From assembly GCA_963816625.1 (NCBI GenBank), contig CAWFLC010000002.1, positions 246,779 through 310,778 on the forward strand: 64,000 nucleotides of DNA. The letters are read 5' to 3'. This DNA is from an uncultured Actinomycetota bacterium. GTDB lineage: Bacteria; Actinomycetota; Actinomycetes; Mycobacteriales; Micromonosporaceae. Positions 10,316-20,557 of this stretch are shown here, one piece after another; within the stretch, counting starts at the first letter, position 1; every line of letters begins with the position of its first letter. The notes below the pieces were generated by a model. It was not told where the DNA came from. It made no database searches and was given only the letters and a program-made list of their open reading frames with translations. Both the position numbers and the translations under genes were made by a program.

Positions 10316-11713
10316 TCAGCCCGGCAGGCGCCAGAGTTGGATCGAGTCGCCCCGGATCAGGCACGACAGCCGGCGATCTTGCAGCGCGCAGCGGGACGGC
10401 ATCGGTGACACCGTGCCCAGCGGCTGGAGCTGGCCGGTCCGCAGGTCGATGGTGGCGAGTTGGGCACGCTGGCCGTCCGGGTGCTGGACGAGGGCGTAGC
10501 GCGGCGGTTGGACCTGACCGACGAGCAGGTCGTCGCCGACCATCGGTACCGTGCCCCAGCCGGGCAGGTCGACGATGTCGTGGCCGGTCTTCCAGTCGAC
10601 GATGCGGGCGTGCAGGAAGTCGGAGCGCTGGCGCGCCACCAGTACGCCGGGGCCGGCCTCGTCGAGTTGCACGTCGCGCCGCCACTGGGTTTCGCCGTCG
10701 GCCGGGTTGATCACGACGACGTCGCGCCAGGTCGGGATGCAGATCATCGGGCCGCAGCTGACCACCGTCGGGCCGTAGGTCAGGTCGCTGAGCGGGGCCG
10801 GTGGGGTGGGCCGGAAGTGCTGGCGCCAGGCCAGGGCCAGGTTCTTCGACCGGTACGCGTTGAGCATCACCCCGTCGTCCACCGGTGAGACGACGATGAG
10901 CAGGTCGCCGATCACGCGCACGGCGAGCGGGTTCCGGTCGGCCAGTTCGGGCAGGACCGCGCCGGAGATCGTACGGCCGGTCGTGGCGTCGCGCACCTCG
11001 GCGCGGCCGCCCGCGTACCACACCGCGAACCAGGCCTGGTTGGGCTGGTCGGGGACGGCCAGCCGGCCGCTCCGCAGCGAGAACGACCAGCGGATGGCAC
11101 CCGTGTCGGCAGCCATCCCGGACAGCTCGGTCGGCGTCGACTGGAAGACGCGGCCGCTGGTCGAGGTGCGTACCACCGGGCAGGCGGCATTGGGCTCGTC
11201 GACCATGAGCAGATTGGGGGCGGTGCCGGGCTTGGCGGCCAGGACGGCGAGCGGACCGCCGGAGCGGACCCAGCGCTTCTGGCCGGTACGCGGGTCGAGG
11301 CTCTCCAGGCTCCAGCCCTTGATCTCCGGCTGGGTGCATGGCCGGTGGCGGATGAACGGGCGCCCGGCGGCCAGGTAGAGCTGGCCGTCGTCCCGATCCA
11401 GCGTCTGGGTCCAGCGGACCTGGCCGTCACGCCAGGCGTACGCGGTGATGGTGGGCCCGCCCCGCAGCGCGTAGAAGTTCTCCGAGTCGGCGCTGAACGA
11501 CAGGGTGCGACCGGGCACCTCGGCCATCGCGGCGACCCCGGCGACGGGCAGCGAACCGACGATGAACAGAGCGACGAAGGCAAGCACCGCGAGCACGGCC
11601 GGCCCTCGGCTGGCCGAGGAGGCCGAGGAGGCCGAGGAGGCCGGACCCCACTCCACGATTTCGGCCCAGTCGTCCTCGGCCGGGACACCCAGATCGATGA
11701 GCCGCTCAGTCAC
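10316..11713 (-). CDS. Membrane-anchored PQQ-like beta-propeller protein (paralogue 4)
   Basis: RLIDLG N-terminus, TM helix, DxxTGxxRW repeats, CGPMIC, C-x8-C. Confidence 0.8.
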   Translation of the reverse strand: MTERLIDLGVPAEDDWAEIVEWGPASSASSASSASRGPAVLAVLAFVALFIVGSLPVAGVAAMAEVPGRTLSFSADSENFYALRGGPTITAYAWRDGQVRWTQTLDRDDGQLYLAAGRPFIRHRPCTQPEIKGWSLESLDPRTGQKRWVRSGGPLAVLAAKPGTAPNLLMVDEPNAACPVVRTSTSGRVFQSTPTELSGMAADTGAIRWSFSLRSGRLAVPDQPNQAWFAVWYAGGRAEVRDATTGRTISGAVLPELADRNPLAVRVIGDLLIVVSPVDDGVMLNAYRSKNLALAWRQHFRPTPPAPLSDLTYGPTVVSCGPMICIPTWRDVVVINPADGETQWRRDVQLDEAGPGVLVARQRSDFLHARIVDWKTGHDIVDLPGWGTVPMVGDDLLVGQVQPPRYALVQHPDGQRAQLATIDLRTGQLQPLGTVSPMPSRCALQDRRLSCLIRGDSIQLWRLPG

Positions 11714-11779
11714 GTAACAAATGTGCATCAGAATCGTCACGATCGCAGCACGAGAGGCAAAACGAGAGCGCCAACGAGC

Positions 11780-13183
11780 TCAGCGCCGCAGCATCAGCAG
11801 CCAGAGGTCATCGACGTTGGTGAGGCAGGCGAGCCGGTCGACGGACATCTGGCAGCTGTTGATGCGGCCCGCGACGACCGCGAACGGCTCGATTCCGGTC
11901 GGCGTCAACCAGGTCAAGACGGTCGAGTCGTCGATGGTCTCGCCGATCAACAGCCGGTCGCCGAGCGGGTCGACGCCGAGAAGCCGCCAGCCGTCGAGCA
12001 GCGCGATGCGCCGACCGGTCATCGGATCGTGCACGATCACCCGCGTGAGGCCGAGGTCCGTGAGCCGCACGGCCGCGGTGGTACTGGCCGCGCCGACCGC
12101 GTAGTCGGCGAGCAGCCCGCCCGGAACAGCGGTGAACGCGGCCCGGTTGGTACGCCAGCGGCCGACGCCGGTCGCCGGGTCGAGGGCGGTGGTGGCGTCC
12201 GCGGTGAGCACGCACACGTACGGCCCGCAGGTGCTCAGCCGGACGCCGTCGTCGCGGTCGCTGCTGGCCGACCGGGGCGCCGCGACCTGCGCCAACCAGC
12301 GCCGTACGAGGGTCCGCCGGTCGAAGGCGGTCACCTCCAGGCTGGTTCGCGCGCCGGGTGCCGTCGCCGACCACCGGGCGAGCAACACGAGGTCCTGCGT
12401 CGCGGCGAACCAGCGGTCGGCGCGGGTGACGAGCCCGGCGACCGCGGCCGTCCGCCGACCGGTCGCGAAGTCGATGACGCTGAGCCGGTCGGCGGGGTCG
12501 ACGAGCGCGGCGTAGCCGACCCCGGACGGGGTGCCGTCGAGCGCGATCACCGTGCCCCGCGGGATCGACTGGGTCCAGCGGGCGACGCCGGTACGGCGGT
12601 CCAGGCCGGTCCAGGTCAGCGTGCCGGTGAGCGCGCGGCCGGTGCCGAGCATCGCGCTGCACCGGTCGGACCAGCTGCCCGCGGTGACCACCTCGACCGG
12701 TTCGCCGTCGGGCAGGTTGAGCGGCGCGCCGCTGCGGTGCCATAACTCGCGCCCGGTGGCGGCTTCGACCGCCGCGGTACTGCCGTCGGCGCCGGTATTG
12801 CACGCGTCGGACGAGAACACGACGATGTCGTCGACCGCGTGCACGTCGGTGAAGGACAGGCCCCCGCCGGGCGCGTACTGCCAGAGCTCGTGCCCGTCGA
12901 CCGCGTCGACGGCGGTCACGCTGGTTTCCCGCAGCGCGCTCTCCATCAGGTACAGCGTCGAGCCGCGCAGCGCGTAGTCGCCGATGCCGAGCTGGATGCG
13001 GGCCACCTGGCGCGGGGGCGGGGGAAGCGGTGTGGCCGCGGTCAGCAGCGCGACGACGGCGAGGCTCAGCAGCAGTCCCCAGCCCCGGGCCAGCCCCGGC
13101 GCGCGCTCGTCCTCGACCTGCTTCGCGTACGACCCGTCCCGGTCGAGGAAACCGAGGTCGATCGTCACCACCGGGGCGGTCAT
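11780..13183 (-). CDS. Membrane-anchored PQQ-like beta-propeller protein (paralogue 3)
   Basis: VTIDLG, TM, AVDAVDGHELW, AATGRELW, CGPYVC, C-x8-C. Confidence 0.82.
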   Translation of the reverse strand: MTAPVVTIDLGFLDRDGSYAKQVEDERAPGLARGWGLLLSLAVVALLTAATPLPPPPRQVARIQLGIGDYALRGSTLYLMESALRETSVTAVDAVDGHELWQYAPGGGLSFTDVHAVDDIVVFSSDACNTGADGSTAAVEAATGRELWHRSGAPLNLPDGEPVEVVTAGSWSDRCSAMLGTGRALTGTLTWTGLDRRTGVARWTQSIPRGTVIALDGTPSGVGYAALVDPADRLSVIDFATGRRTAAVAGLVTRADRWFAATQDLVLLARWSATAPGARTSLEVTAFDRRTLVRRWLAQVAAPRSASSDRDDGVRLSTCGPYVCVLTADATTALDPATGVGRWRTNRAAFTAVPGGLLADYAVGAASTTAAVRLTDLGLTRVIVHDPMTGRRIALLDGWRLLGVDPLGDRLLIGETIDDSTVLTWLTPTGIEPFAVVAGRINSCQMSVDRLACLTNVDDLWLLMLRR

Positions 13184-13190
13184 CGCGGGC

Positions 13191-14525
13191 CTAGCCGGCC
13201 GATGAGCCCGGGATGGGCCAGACCGACAGCCGGGTGGCGCTGCGACAGGCGAGGTAGCTGTCGCTCACGAAGCACTGCGGTCCGACGAACCAGTCTTCGG
13301 TGTGGCCGAACACGGTGATCCGCTTGCTGTCGCGGTCGAGCACCCCGATCAGCGCGCCGCCGTTCGGGCTCGGCCGCCAGACCACCACCCGCGAGTCGTC
13401 GGCCGCGGCGAGCACGATCCAGTTGGGCAGGTAGCCGGTGATGCGGCCGGTGCCGGCGTCGACGAATGCGCCGTTGCTGTCGTACTCATGGGTGGTGGTG
13501 GCCAGCAGGTGCGCGCGATCGAGCTGCTGGAACCCCACGTAGCCGTCCAGCCGCCACAGCTGCCGGCCGGTCGCCCAGTCCACGCCCGAGATGCTGGTGT
13601 CCCGGGCCAGGCACAGGATCTCCCCGCAGTCGTGCAGAAAACCATCCCGGATCGCCGGGCGCTGCCAGACCAACCTTCCGGTTTTGAGGTCGTACGCGGT
13701 GAGCCGGCCGGCCTTGCCCTGCACCGCGAGGAGCAGGTCCCCGATGAGGTCGAAGCCGGCGATCTGCGCGCCCTCGGACAGCTGCGTTGTCATCTTCAGC
13801 GCGCCCGTGTCCAGGTCGTACAGGCGGAGCAAACCGGCGTGGGTCAGCTCGACGAGCAGATGGCCGTCGGTCGAGTCGGGGTCGTCGTCGCCGCCCAGGT
13901 AGGCGTCGTCGGCGTCCGGCAGGGTGGTGAACGACCAGATGACGTCGCCGGTGGCCGGGTCGAGGCCGGCGAGGTCGTGGCCGAGGCCGACCGCGCCGGT
14001 TCCGGACTTCGGTTGACCCTCTTCGGGCTGCATTTCGATGTTGGGGCGCACATCGACCGCCTGGACGACGACCAGCCGGCCGGTGCTCTGGGCGGCGTCG
14101 TAGCCGGAGCGCTGCCAGCGCACGTCGCCGGTGGCCGGGTCGAGGCCGGCGACGGACTCGATGCCGACCGCGGCGCCGACGACGACGCTGTGCTCGTCGG
14201 CGAAGAGCAGGGTGGTGGTCTGCGCGAACGGCTTGGACCACAGCTGGCGGCCGTCGGACAGGCGGTAGGCGTCGAGCTGGGCGACCCCCTGGTTGGGCTG
14301 GTGCAGCACGAAGATGGCGGCCGGGCTGGCCACCGCCCACTGCACGCCGCTGCCCTCGACGACCAGGCGCGGATCCAGCGAGACCGGCCGCACGGCCGCG
14401 GTGAGCAGCGCGAGGGTGGCCAGCCCGACGAGCGCGGCGGCGACCCAGCGGCGGACCGGCCGGGCCGGCGGCGCGGTGTCCGGCGGCTGCCACGGCTCGG
14501 AGACGTCGAGCTCGATGAGACTCAT
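13191..14525 (-). CDS. Membrane-anchored PQQ-like beta-propeller protein (paralogue 2)
   Basis: SLIELD, TM, LDPATGDVRW repeats, CGEILC, C-x8-C. Confidence 0.85.
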   Translation of the reverse strand: MSLIELDVSEPWQPPDTAPPARPVRRWVAAALVGLATLALLTAAVRPVSLDPRLVVEGSGVQWAVASPAAIFVLHQPNQGVAQLDAYRLSDGRQLWSKPFAQTTTLLFADEHSVVVGAAVGIESVAGLDPATGDVRWQRSGYDAAQSTGRLVVVQAVDVRPNIEMQPEEGQPKSGTGAVGLGHDLAGLDPATGDVIWSFTTLPDADDAYLGGDDDPDSTDGHLLVELTHAGLLRLYDLDTGALKMTTQLSEGAQIAGFDLIGDLLLAVQGKAGRLTAYDLKTGRLVWQRPAIRDGFLHDCGEILCLARDTSISGVDWATGRQLWRLDGYVGFQQLDRAHLLATTTHEYDSNGAFVDAGTGRITGYLPNWIVLAAADDSRVVVWRPSPNGGALIGVLDRDSKRITVFGHTEDWFVGPQCFVSDSYLACRSATRLSVWPIPGSSAG

Positions 14526-14563
14526 GGGGAGCTGCTCACGTCGGGCTTCTCACGTCAGGTCCG

Positions 14564-15925
14564 TCACGGTGGGATCCGCCAGACGTGCACGTCGGCGCCG
14601 GCCCGGCAGGCGAACGCGTCGGCCAACACGAGGCAGTTCGGGTCCGCGTAGAGCTTGGCGACGCGCCCGAACACCGTCGCGTGGCCGGTGTCCGCGTCCA
14701 GCGTGCCGAACATCCCGCCCTCGGCACCCTCCCGGCTCATGACGATCAGCCGCGGCCACGCGCTCGCGTCGATCACCTCCCAGCCACCGAGCCGCCGCAC
14801 CACCGCGCCGGTACGGATGTCGAGGACGACCGCGTCGGCGGCCCGCTCGCCGTACATCTGGTTGCCGCCGGTCACCATGTGCTGGTCGTCGATCGTGGTG
14901 ACGTTGCCGTCATGCAGGTCGGCTCGCCACAGCACCCGCCCGGTGCGAGGGTCGACGACGGTCGTGCTCACGTCGTCGGTGCTGCACAGCACCGGCCCGC
15001 ACCACCACAGCGGCATCGGCTGGAATTCGCCGGGGGCCTGCCACAGCCGCCGGCCGGAGGTGAGGTCGAAGACCTTGGCGCCCTCCGGGCCGTACCTGCC
15101 GTTCTGGTACACCATCATCAGGTCGCCGAAGGTGTCGAAGCCGCCGACCGCACCGAGGTCGCGAACCTGGGCGGTGCGCACGATCCGGCCGGTCTCCGTG
15201 CTGAACACGCGCAACGTTCCGTCGGGGTCGAGCTCGCTCACGCCGTACGAGGTGCTCGGGCCGTCGCCGAGAGCGACATAGGACCGCACGGTGCCGGCCG
15301 GGGTGACCAGCGTCCAGTCCACCGCCCCGGTCCGGATGTCCAGTCCGACGAGCGTGTGGCTGCGCGGCTCCTCGTCCTGCTGCTGCTGGTCCTCGAGGCC
15401 GGGCACGTACGGGTCGGCGACCACCACGTCCGCGTCGGTGCTCGCGCCGTAGAACGCGGGCGCGTAGTCGGAGCGCCGCCATACCTCGTGGCCGTCGGCG
15501 GCATCGACCGCGACGATGACCGACGAGTCATTCGCGCCGGGCTCGGGCGCGTGCAGCAGGAGCATGCCGTGGCCGACGTCGAGCAGGCCGCCGACGCGGT
15601 CCATCTGCCGGCTCCACAGCCGGTGGCCGTCGCTGAGCCGGTACGCCTCGACGATCGAGATCTTCACGTCGGGCTGGCGCAGCAGGAAGAGGGTGTGCCC
15701 GTCGCCGCGCATGTCGAGCACGCCGCCGCCGTCGACGGTGAAGACGCCGCCGTACGAGGTGGGCCGCTGGCCGGCGCTGAGCCCGGCGAGCAGGACGGCG
15801 AGCAGGAGCGCCACCGCGAACGCGCGCTGGCCCGGGCGCCGGGTGCGGGGGGGCTCCGACGGCTCCCACGGCGCGGACAGGTCGAGCTCGATGACGGCGG
15901 TTGGCGGCAACACGCCTCCTCTCAC
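14564..15925 (-). CDS. Membrane-anchored PQQ-like beta-propeller protein (paralogue 1); start may be 15913
   Basis: VIELDL, TM, VDAADGHEVW, LDIRTGAVDW, CGPVLC, C-x8-C. Confidence 0.85.
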   Translation of the reverse strand: MRGGVLPPTAVIELDLSAPWEPSEPPRTRRPGQRAFAVALLLAVLLAGLSAGQRPTSYGGVFTVDGGGVLDMRGDGHTLFLLRQPDVKISIVEAYRLSDGHRLWSRQMDRVGGLLDVGHGMLLLHAPEPGANDSSVIVAVDAADGHEVWRRSDYAPAFYGASTDADVVVADPYVPGLEDQQQQDEEPRSHTLVGLDIRTGAVDWTLVTPAGTVRSYVALGDGPSTSYGVSELDPDGTLRVFSTETGRIVRTAQVRDLGAVGGFDTFGDLMMVYQNGRYGPEGAKVFDLTSGRRLWQAPGEFQPMPLWWCGPVLCSTDDVSTTVVDPRTGRVLWRADLHDGNVTTIDDQHMVTGGNQMYGERAADAVVLDIRTGAVVRRLGGWEVIDASAWPRLIVMSREGAEGGMFGTLDADTGHATVFGRVAKLYADPNCLVLADAFACRAGADVHVWRIPP

Positions 15926-15992
15926 CGTTCCAATGTCGCACGGATCACGGTGAGTCCGAACATGTCGTTCAGTGGTTCGGTGCCGCGGTGCT

Positions 15993-17963
15993 TCAGTGGC
16001 GCGGGGAGGTGACGCTCAAGATCGGCACCGGCGGCTCGAGGCGGCTGACCCACTCGGTGACCTGGCGGGCCACGTCCTGGGCGGTGAGCCCGACGTCGCC
16101 GAGGATCTCCGCCCGGGTGCCGTGCGGATGCCAGGCCTGCGGCACGCCGAGGTCGCGCAGCGGCACCCAGACGTCCGCGTCGCGCAGCGCCTTGGCCACC
16201 GCGTCGCCGACGCCGCCGGTGCGCACGCCGTCCTCGACCGTCACCACGAGCCGGTGCTCGCGGGCGAGCGCGACCACCTCGACCGGGACCGGGCGGACCC
16301 AGCGCGGGTCGACCACGGTCACCCCGAACCCCTGCTCGTCGAGGCGGGCGGCCACGTCGACCGCGAGGTGGGCGAACGCGCCGACGCTGACCAGCAGGAC
16401 GTCGCGGCTGTCGCCCTCGGCGAGCACGTCGACGCCGCCGATGCCGTCGAGGCCACCCTCGGCCCCGCCGACCCGGCGCAGCGCCGGCAGGTCGGCCGGC
16501 ACCGAGCCGGTCGGGAAGCGCACGATCGTCGGTCCGTCCTCGATGGAGACCGCCTCACGCAGTTCCTGCCGGAGCGTCTCGGCGTCGCGCGGGGCGGCGA
16601 TGCGGATGCCGGGCACGACCCCGAACACCGACATGTCCCAGATCCCGTAGTGGCTGGGTCCGTCGGGGCCGGTGACCCCGGCCCGGTCGAGGACGAAGGT
16701 GACCGGCAGCTTGTGCATGGCCACGTCGAGCAGCACCTGGTCGAACGCCCGGTTGAGGAACGTCGCGTAGACCGCGACCACCGGGTGCAGGCCGCCGATG
16801 GCCAGGCCGGCCGCGGAGGTGACCGCGTGCTGCTCGGCGATGCCGACGTCATATGCCCGGTCCGGGTACTTGGCGGCGAGCTTGGCGATGCCGGTCGGCT
16901 CGGCCATCGCCGCGGTGATGCCGACCACGTCGGCGCGCTCGTCGGCGATCGCCACCAGTTCCTCGGCGAAGACGCCGGTCCACTTCACCGAGGCCGGGGC
17001 GAGGAGCTTGCCGGTCTCCGGGTCGAAGGCGCTGCCCGGGCTGTGCAGGCAGTCCGCGGCGTCCTCTTCGGCCGGGCGGTAGCCGAAGCCCTTGCGGGTC
17101 ACCGCGTGGACGATCACCGAGCCGCCGAACGCCTTGGCCCGGCCCAGCGCCGACTCGATCGCGTCCAAGTCGTGCCCGTCGACCGGCCCCACGTACTTGA
17201 GGCCGAGATCCTCGAACAGAGCCTGCGGGGCGACCGCGTCCTTGAGGCCCTTCTTCATCGCGTGGAGGACCTCGTAGAGCGGCGGCCCGACCAGCGGCGT
17301 GCGCCCCAGCGCGTCCTTGACCAGGTCGAGGACCTTCTCATAGGTCGGGTTCAGCCGCAGCCGGGACAGGTGCTCGGCCAGGCCGCCGATGGTCGGCGAG
17401 TATGACCGGCCGTTGTCGTTGACCACGATCACGAGCGGGTTCTTCGCGGCGGCGATGTTGTTGAGTGCCTCCCAGCACATGCCGCCGGTGAGCGCACCGT
17501 CGCCGACCACGGCCACCACGTGGCGCTGCTCGCCGCGCAGCGCGTAGGCCTTGGCCAGGCCGTCGGCATAGGACAGGGCGGTCGAGGCGTGCGAGTTCTC
17601 GATGAGGTCGTGCTCGCTCTCGGCCCGGCTCGGGTAGCCGGTGAGGCCGCCGCGGCGGCGCAGCAGGTCGAAGCCGTCCTGCCGGCCGGTCACGATCTTG
17701 TGCACGTAGGCCTGGTGGCCGGTGTCGAAGAGGATCCGGTCCTTCGGCGAGTCGAAGACCCGGTGCAGGGCCAGCGTCAACTCCACGACCCCGAGGTTGG
17801 GGCCGAGGTGCCCGCCGGTACGGGAGACCTTCGCGACCAGGAAGTCGCGGATCTCGGCGGCGAGCATGTCGAGTTGCTCACGGGACAGGTCCCTAAGGTC
17901 GGCAGGACTACCGATCGTGTTGAGCTGCGGACGGTCAGTAGCCGACGGCTCGAGAGCACTCAT
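15993..17963 (-). CDS. dxs: 1-deoxy-D-xylulose-5-phosphate synthase
   Basis: [51 protein letters not shown]. Confidence 0.97.
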   Translation of the reverse strand: MSALEPSATDRPQLNTIGSPADLRDLSREQLDMLAAEIRDFLVAKVSRTGGHLGPNLGVVELTLALHRVFDSPKDRILFDTGHQAYVHKIVTGRQDGFDLLRRRGGLTGYPSRAESEHDLIENSHASTALSYADGLAKAYALRGEQRHVVAVVGDGALTGGMCWEALNNIAAAKNPLVIVVNDNGRSYSPTIGGLAEHLSRLRLNPTYEKVLDLVKDALGRTPLVGPPLYEVLHAMKKGLKDAVAPQALFEDLGLKYVGPVDGHDLDAIESALGRAKAFGGSVIVHAVTRKGFGYRPAEEDAADCLHSPGSAFDPETGKLLAPASVKWTGVFAEELVAIADERADVVGITAAMAEPTGIAKLAAKYPDRAYDVGIAEQHAVTSAAGLAIGGLHPVVAVYATFLNRAFDQVLLDVAMHKLPVTFVLDRAGVTGPDGPSHYGIWDMSVFGVVPGIRIAAPRDAETLRQELREAVSIEDGPTIVRFPTGSVPADLPALRRVGGAEGGLDGIGGVDVLAEGDSRDVLLVSVGAFAHLAVDVAARLDEQGFGVTVVDPRWVRPVPVEVVALAREHRLVVTVEDGVRTGGVGDAVAKALRDADVWVPLRDLGVPQAWHPHGTRAEILGDVGLTAQDVARQVTEWVSRLEPPVPILSVTSPRH

Positions 17964-18048
17964 AGCGGGCCAGTTTAGTGGCGCAGTCTGCGCCTGTACG
18001 TCGGCGATCTGGATCGTTCACAATCGCTTCACAGGTCCTTCGCGGCGA

Positions 18049-19335
18049 TCAGCGGGTGGCCGCGTACGACATGGCGACCGCGTCGACGAATTTCTCCGCG
18101 TCTTTGTCCTGGACGAAGGCGGCCAGGGCGGTGTCGATGCCGGTGTTCCAGGTGGCGTTGGCGACAACGCCGTGCGTCAGCGATCCGACGACGGTCGTGC
18201 TGCTGCTCTGCCAGTCGGCCAGCGCGGTCGCCAGGTAGCCGGTGTACTTCGACTTGTCGATGTCGGTCCGCGCCGGCACCGAGCCCTTCTGCGGGTTGAA
18301 GGCGTCCTGCCCGTCCACCGAGCCGCACTCGATCAGCCATTTCTCGGCGGCCTCACGGTGCGGTGCGCCCCTGGTCAGAGTGAACGAGTCGGACAGGAAG
18401 TCGTAGATGCCGGTCGAACCGGGCGACGGGGCGACCTCGTAGTCGGTCTTGTACATCAGCTTCTTGCTGCGCCCCAGGTACGCGTCGGCCCAGTCGCCCA
18501 TGACGTTGTAGGCGGCGGTGCCGGCCATCACCTTGTCGAGGGCGGGCTGCCAGTCCCCGGCGGCCGACGCGAGGTCGGACACGTCGAGGACCCGGCCGAA
18601 GACGCCGACCGCGGTGAGCACGTCGGTGCCCTTCCAGTCGGTCTTGCCGCTCCACAGCCCGTTGTACTTGTCCGGGCCGAGCTCTCCGAGCAGCACGGTT
18701 TCCAGCAGGTGCTTCTGGGTCCAGGCCGGGCCGATGGCCAGCGGGGTGATGTGCTTGGCCTTGAGCCGGGCCGCCTGGCTGAGGAACTCGGTCCAGGTCC
18801 GCGGCGGCGCGGCGATCCCGGCCCCGGCCAGCACCTTCGGGCTGAACCAGACGAGGTTGGCCCGGTGGATGTTCACCGGCACCGAGTAGATCTTGCCGTC
18901 GAGGGTGATGGCATCGAGCAGGCCCTTGGGCAGCTTGTCCTTCCAGCCCTGCTCCTCGTAGAGGAACGTCAGGTCCGCCACCTTGCCGGCCTTGATGTCG
19001 CCCTGCAGTTCGAGCCCGGCGTGGGCCTGGTACGAGTCCGGCGGGTCGTTGTTCTTCAGCCGGTCGGCCAGGACGGTTTTGGCGTTGGTACCGGATCCGC
19101 CGGCGACCGCCGCGTTGTTGAAGTCGACGCCCGGGTCCTTCTTCTTGAAGTCGGCGACCATGGCGTCCAGGCCCTCTTTCTCGCCCGGCCCGGCCCACCA
19201 GGAGAAGACCTCCACCTGGTTGTCGCCGCCGGCCTCGCCGTTGCTGCCGACCCCGGTCGAGCAGGCGGAGGCCCCGGCGCTGACGGCACTGGCGGCACTG
19301 GCCAGGCCCAACGCGAACAAACTTCGGCGGCGCAC
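18049..19335 (-). CDS. Sugar (glucose-type) ABC substrate-binding lipoprotein, possibly Tat-exported
   Basis: RRRSLF signal and ASAC lipobox; EVFSWW, VPVNIHRAN, VMGDW, FLSDSF, FNPQKGSVPAR. Confidence 0.85.
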   Translation of the reverse strand: MRRRSLFALGLASAASAVSAGASACSTGVGSNGEAGGDNQVEVFSWWAGPGEKEGLDAMVADFKKKDPGVDFNNAAVAGGSGTNAKTVLADRLKNNDPPDSYQAHAGLELQGDIKAGKVADLTFLYEEQGWKDKLPKGLLDAITLDGKIYSVPVNIHRANLVWFSPKVLAGAGIAAPPRTWTEFLSQAARLKAKHITPLAIGPAWTQKHLLETVLLGELGPDKYNGLWSGKTDWKGTDVLTAVGVFGRVLDVSDLASAAGDWQPALDKVMAGTAAYNVMGDWADAYLGRSKKLMYKTDYEVAPSPGSTGIYDFLSDSFTLTRGAPHREAAEKWLIECGSVDGQDAFNPQKGSVPARTDIDKSKYTGYLATALADWQSSSTTVVGSLTHGVVANATWNTGIDTALAAFVQDKDAEKFVDAVAMSYAATR

Positions 19336-19380
19336 GTTCTCAGTCCAGCACACCATCGTGGCAATCCGGTGTAAAACCGG

Positions 19381-20553
19381 TCAAGCTGGCAAGAACTGTC
19401 CGATCGCCTCGAGGTGTTGCGTATTGGGGAACGCGTCGAAGGCGCGCAGCGTCGCCAGCCGGTACCCGAGTTCGCCGAACGTCCGGGTGTCCCGGGCGAA
19501 CGCGGCCGGGTCGCACGCGACGTAGGCGACCGCCCGCGGCCCGCGCCGCACGATCGCGGCGACCACGTCGCGGCCGGCTCCGGCCCGCGGCGGATCGAGC
19601 ACCACGATGTCGACCGCCCGCCAGCCCGGGTTGGCGAGCGTCCGACCCACGTCGCCGGCGACGAACCGGACGTCGCCGAGGTCGCGCAGCGCCCGCCGGC
19701 CGGCCGCCACGGCCCGCCGATCGGCCTCCACCACGGTCACCGGCCCGCAGTGCGGCGCGAGCGCGGCGGCGAACAGGCCGGCCCCGCCGAAGAGGTCCCA
19801 CGCCCGCTCGCCCGCCTGCGGCTGGAGCATCTCGAGCACCACCGACGCGAAGCGGTCGGCGGCCGCCGGGTGCACCTGCCAGAACCCGGTGGCATCCAGG
19901 CTCCACGTGCGGCCGAGTGCCTTTTCCCGTACCCGGGGAGCACCGGCGACGAGCGACCAGCGCCGGTCCACTCGCGACTGTCGCGTGAGGACGGTCACGT
20001 CACCGCCGGAGGACGCGACCGCCTCGACCGAACCGCCGGCCGGCCAGTCGTGGTGGTCGGCGGACGGCAGGTCGCGCAGTTCCGGGTGGGCGATCAGGCA
20101 CCGGTCGACCGGGACGACGTCGTGCGAGCGGTGCTTGTGGAAGCCGAGCCGCCCGTGCGCGTCGACCGCGTACTGCACCCGGGTCCGCCAGCCCAGCATG
20201 TCGCTGGACAGCGGCTCGACCGGTACCGCCGGCAAATCCAGGCCGCCGAGGCGCTTGAGCTGATCGGCCAGGACGGCGGCCTTGAGATGTCGCTGGGCGA
20301 CCGGGGCGACGTGCTGGAAGTCGCAGCCGCCGCAGGCGTCCGGCCGGGCGAACGGGCAGGGCGGCTCGACCCGGTCGGGCGACGCCTCGAGCACGGTGAC
20401 CGCGTCGGCGCGCAGGTAGTCGCGGCGCTCCTCGGTGACGCGGGCGAGGACCCGCTCGCCGGGCAGCGCATGGCGCACGAAGACGACGCGGCCGTCGAGG
20501 CGCGACACGCAGTGCCCGCCGTGCACGACCGGCCCGACGTCGAGCTCGAGCAT
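19381..20553 (-). CDS. TRAM-domain RlmD/TrmA-family RNA m5U methyltransferase
   Basis: FVRHALPGE, CGGCDFQH, FWQVH, DLFGGAGLF, LDPPRAG, YVACDP, FDAFPNTQHLE. Confidence 0.92.
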   Translation of the reverse strand: MLELDVGPVVHGGHCVSRLDGRVVFVRHALPGERVLARVTEERRDYLRADAVTVLEASPDRVEPPCPFARPDACGGCDFQHVAPVAQRHLKAAVLADQLKRLGGLDLPAVPVEPLSSDMLGWRTRVQYAVDAHGRLGFHKHRSHDVVPVDRCLIAHPELRDLPSADHHDWPAGGSVEAVASSGGDVTVLTRQSRVDRRWSLVAGAPRVREKALGRTWSLDATGFWQVHPAAADRFASVVLEMLQPQAGERAWDLFGGAGLFAAALAPHCGPVTVVEADRRAVAAGRRALRDLGDVRFVAGDVGRTLANPGWRAVDIVVLDPPRAGAGRDVVAAIVRRGPRAVAYVACDPAAFARDTRTFGELGYRLATLRAFDAFPNTQHLEAIGQFLPA

Positions 20554-20557
20554 CGGG

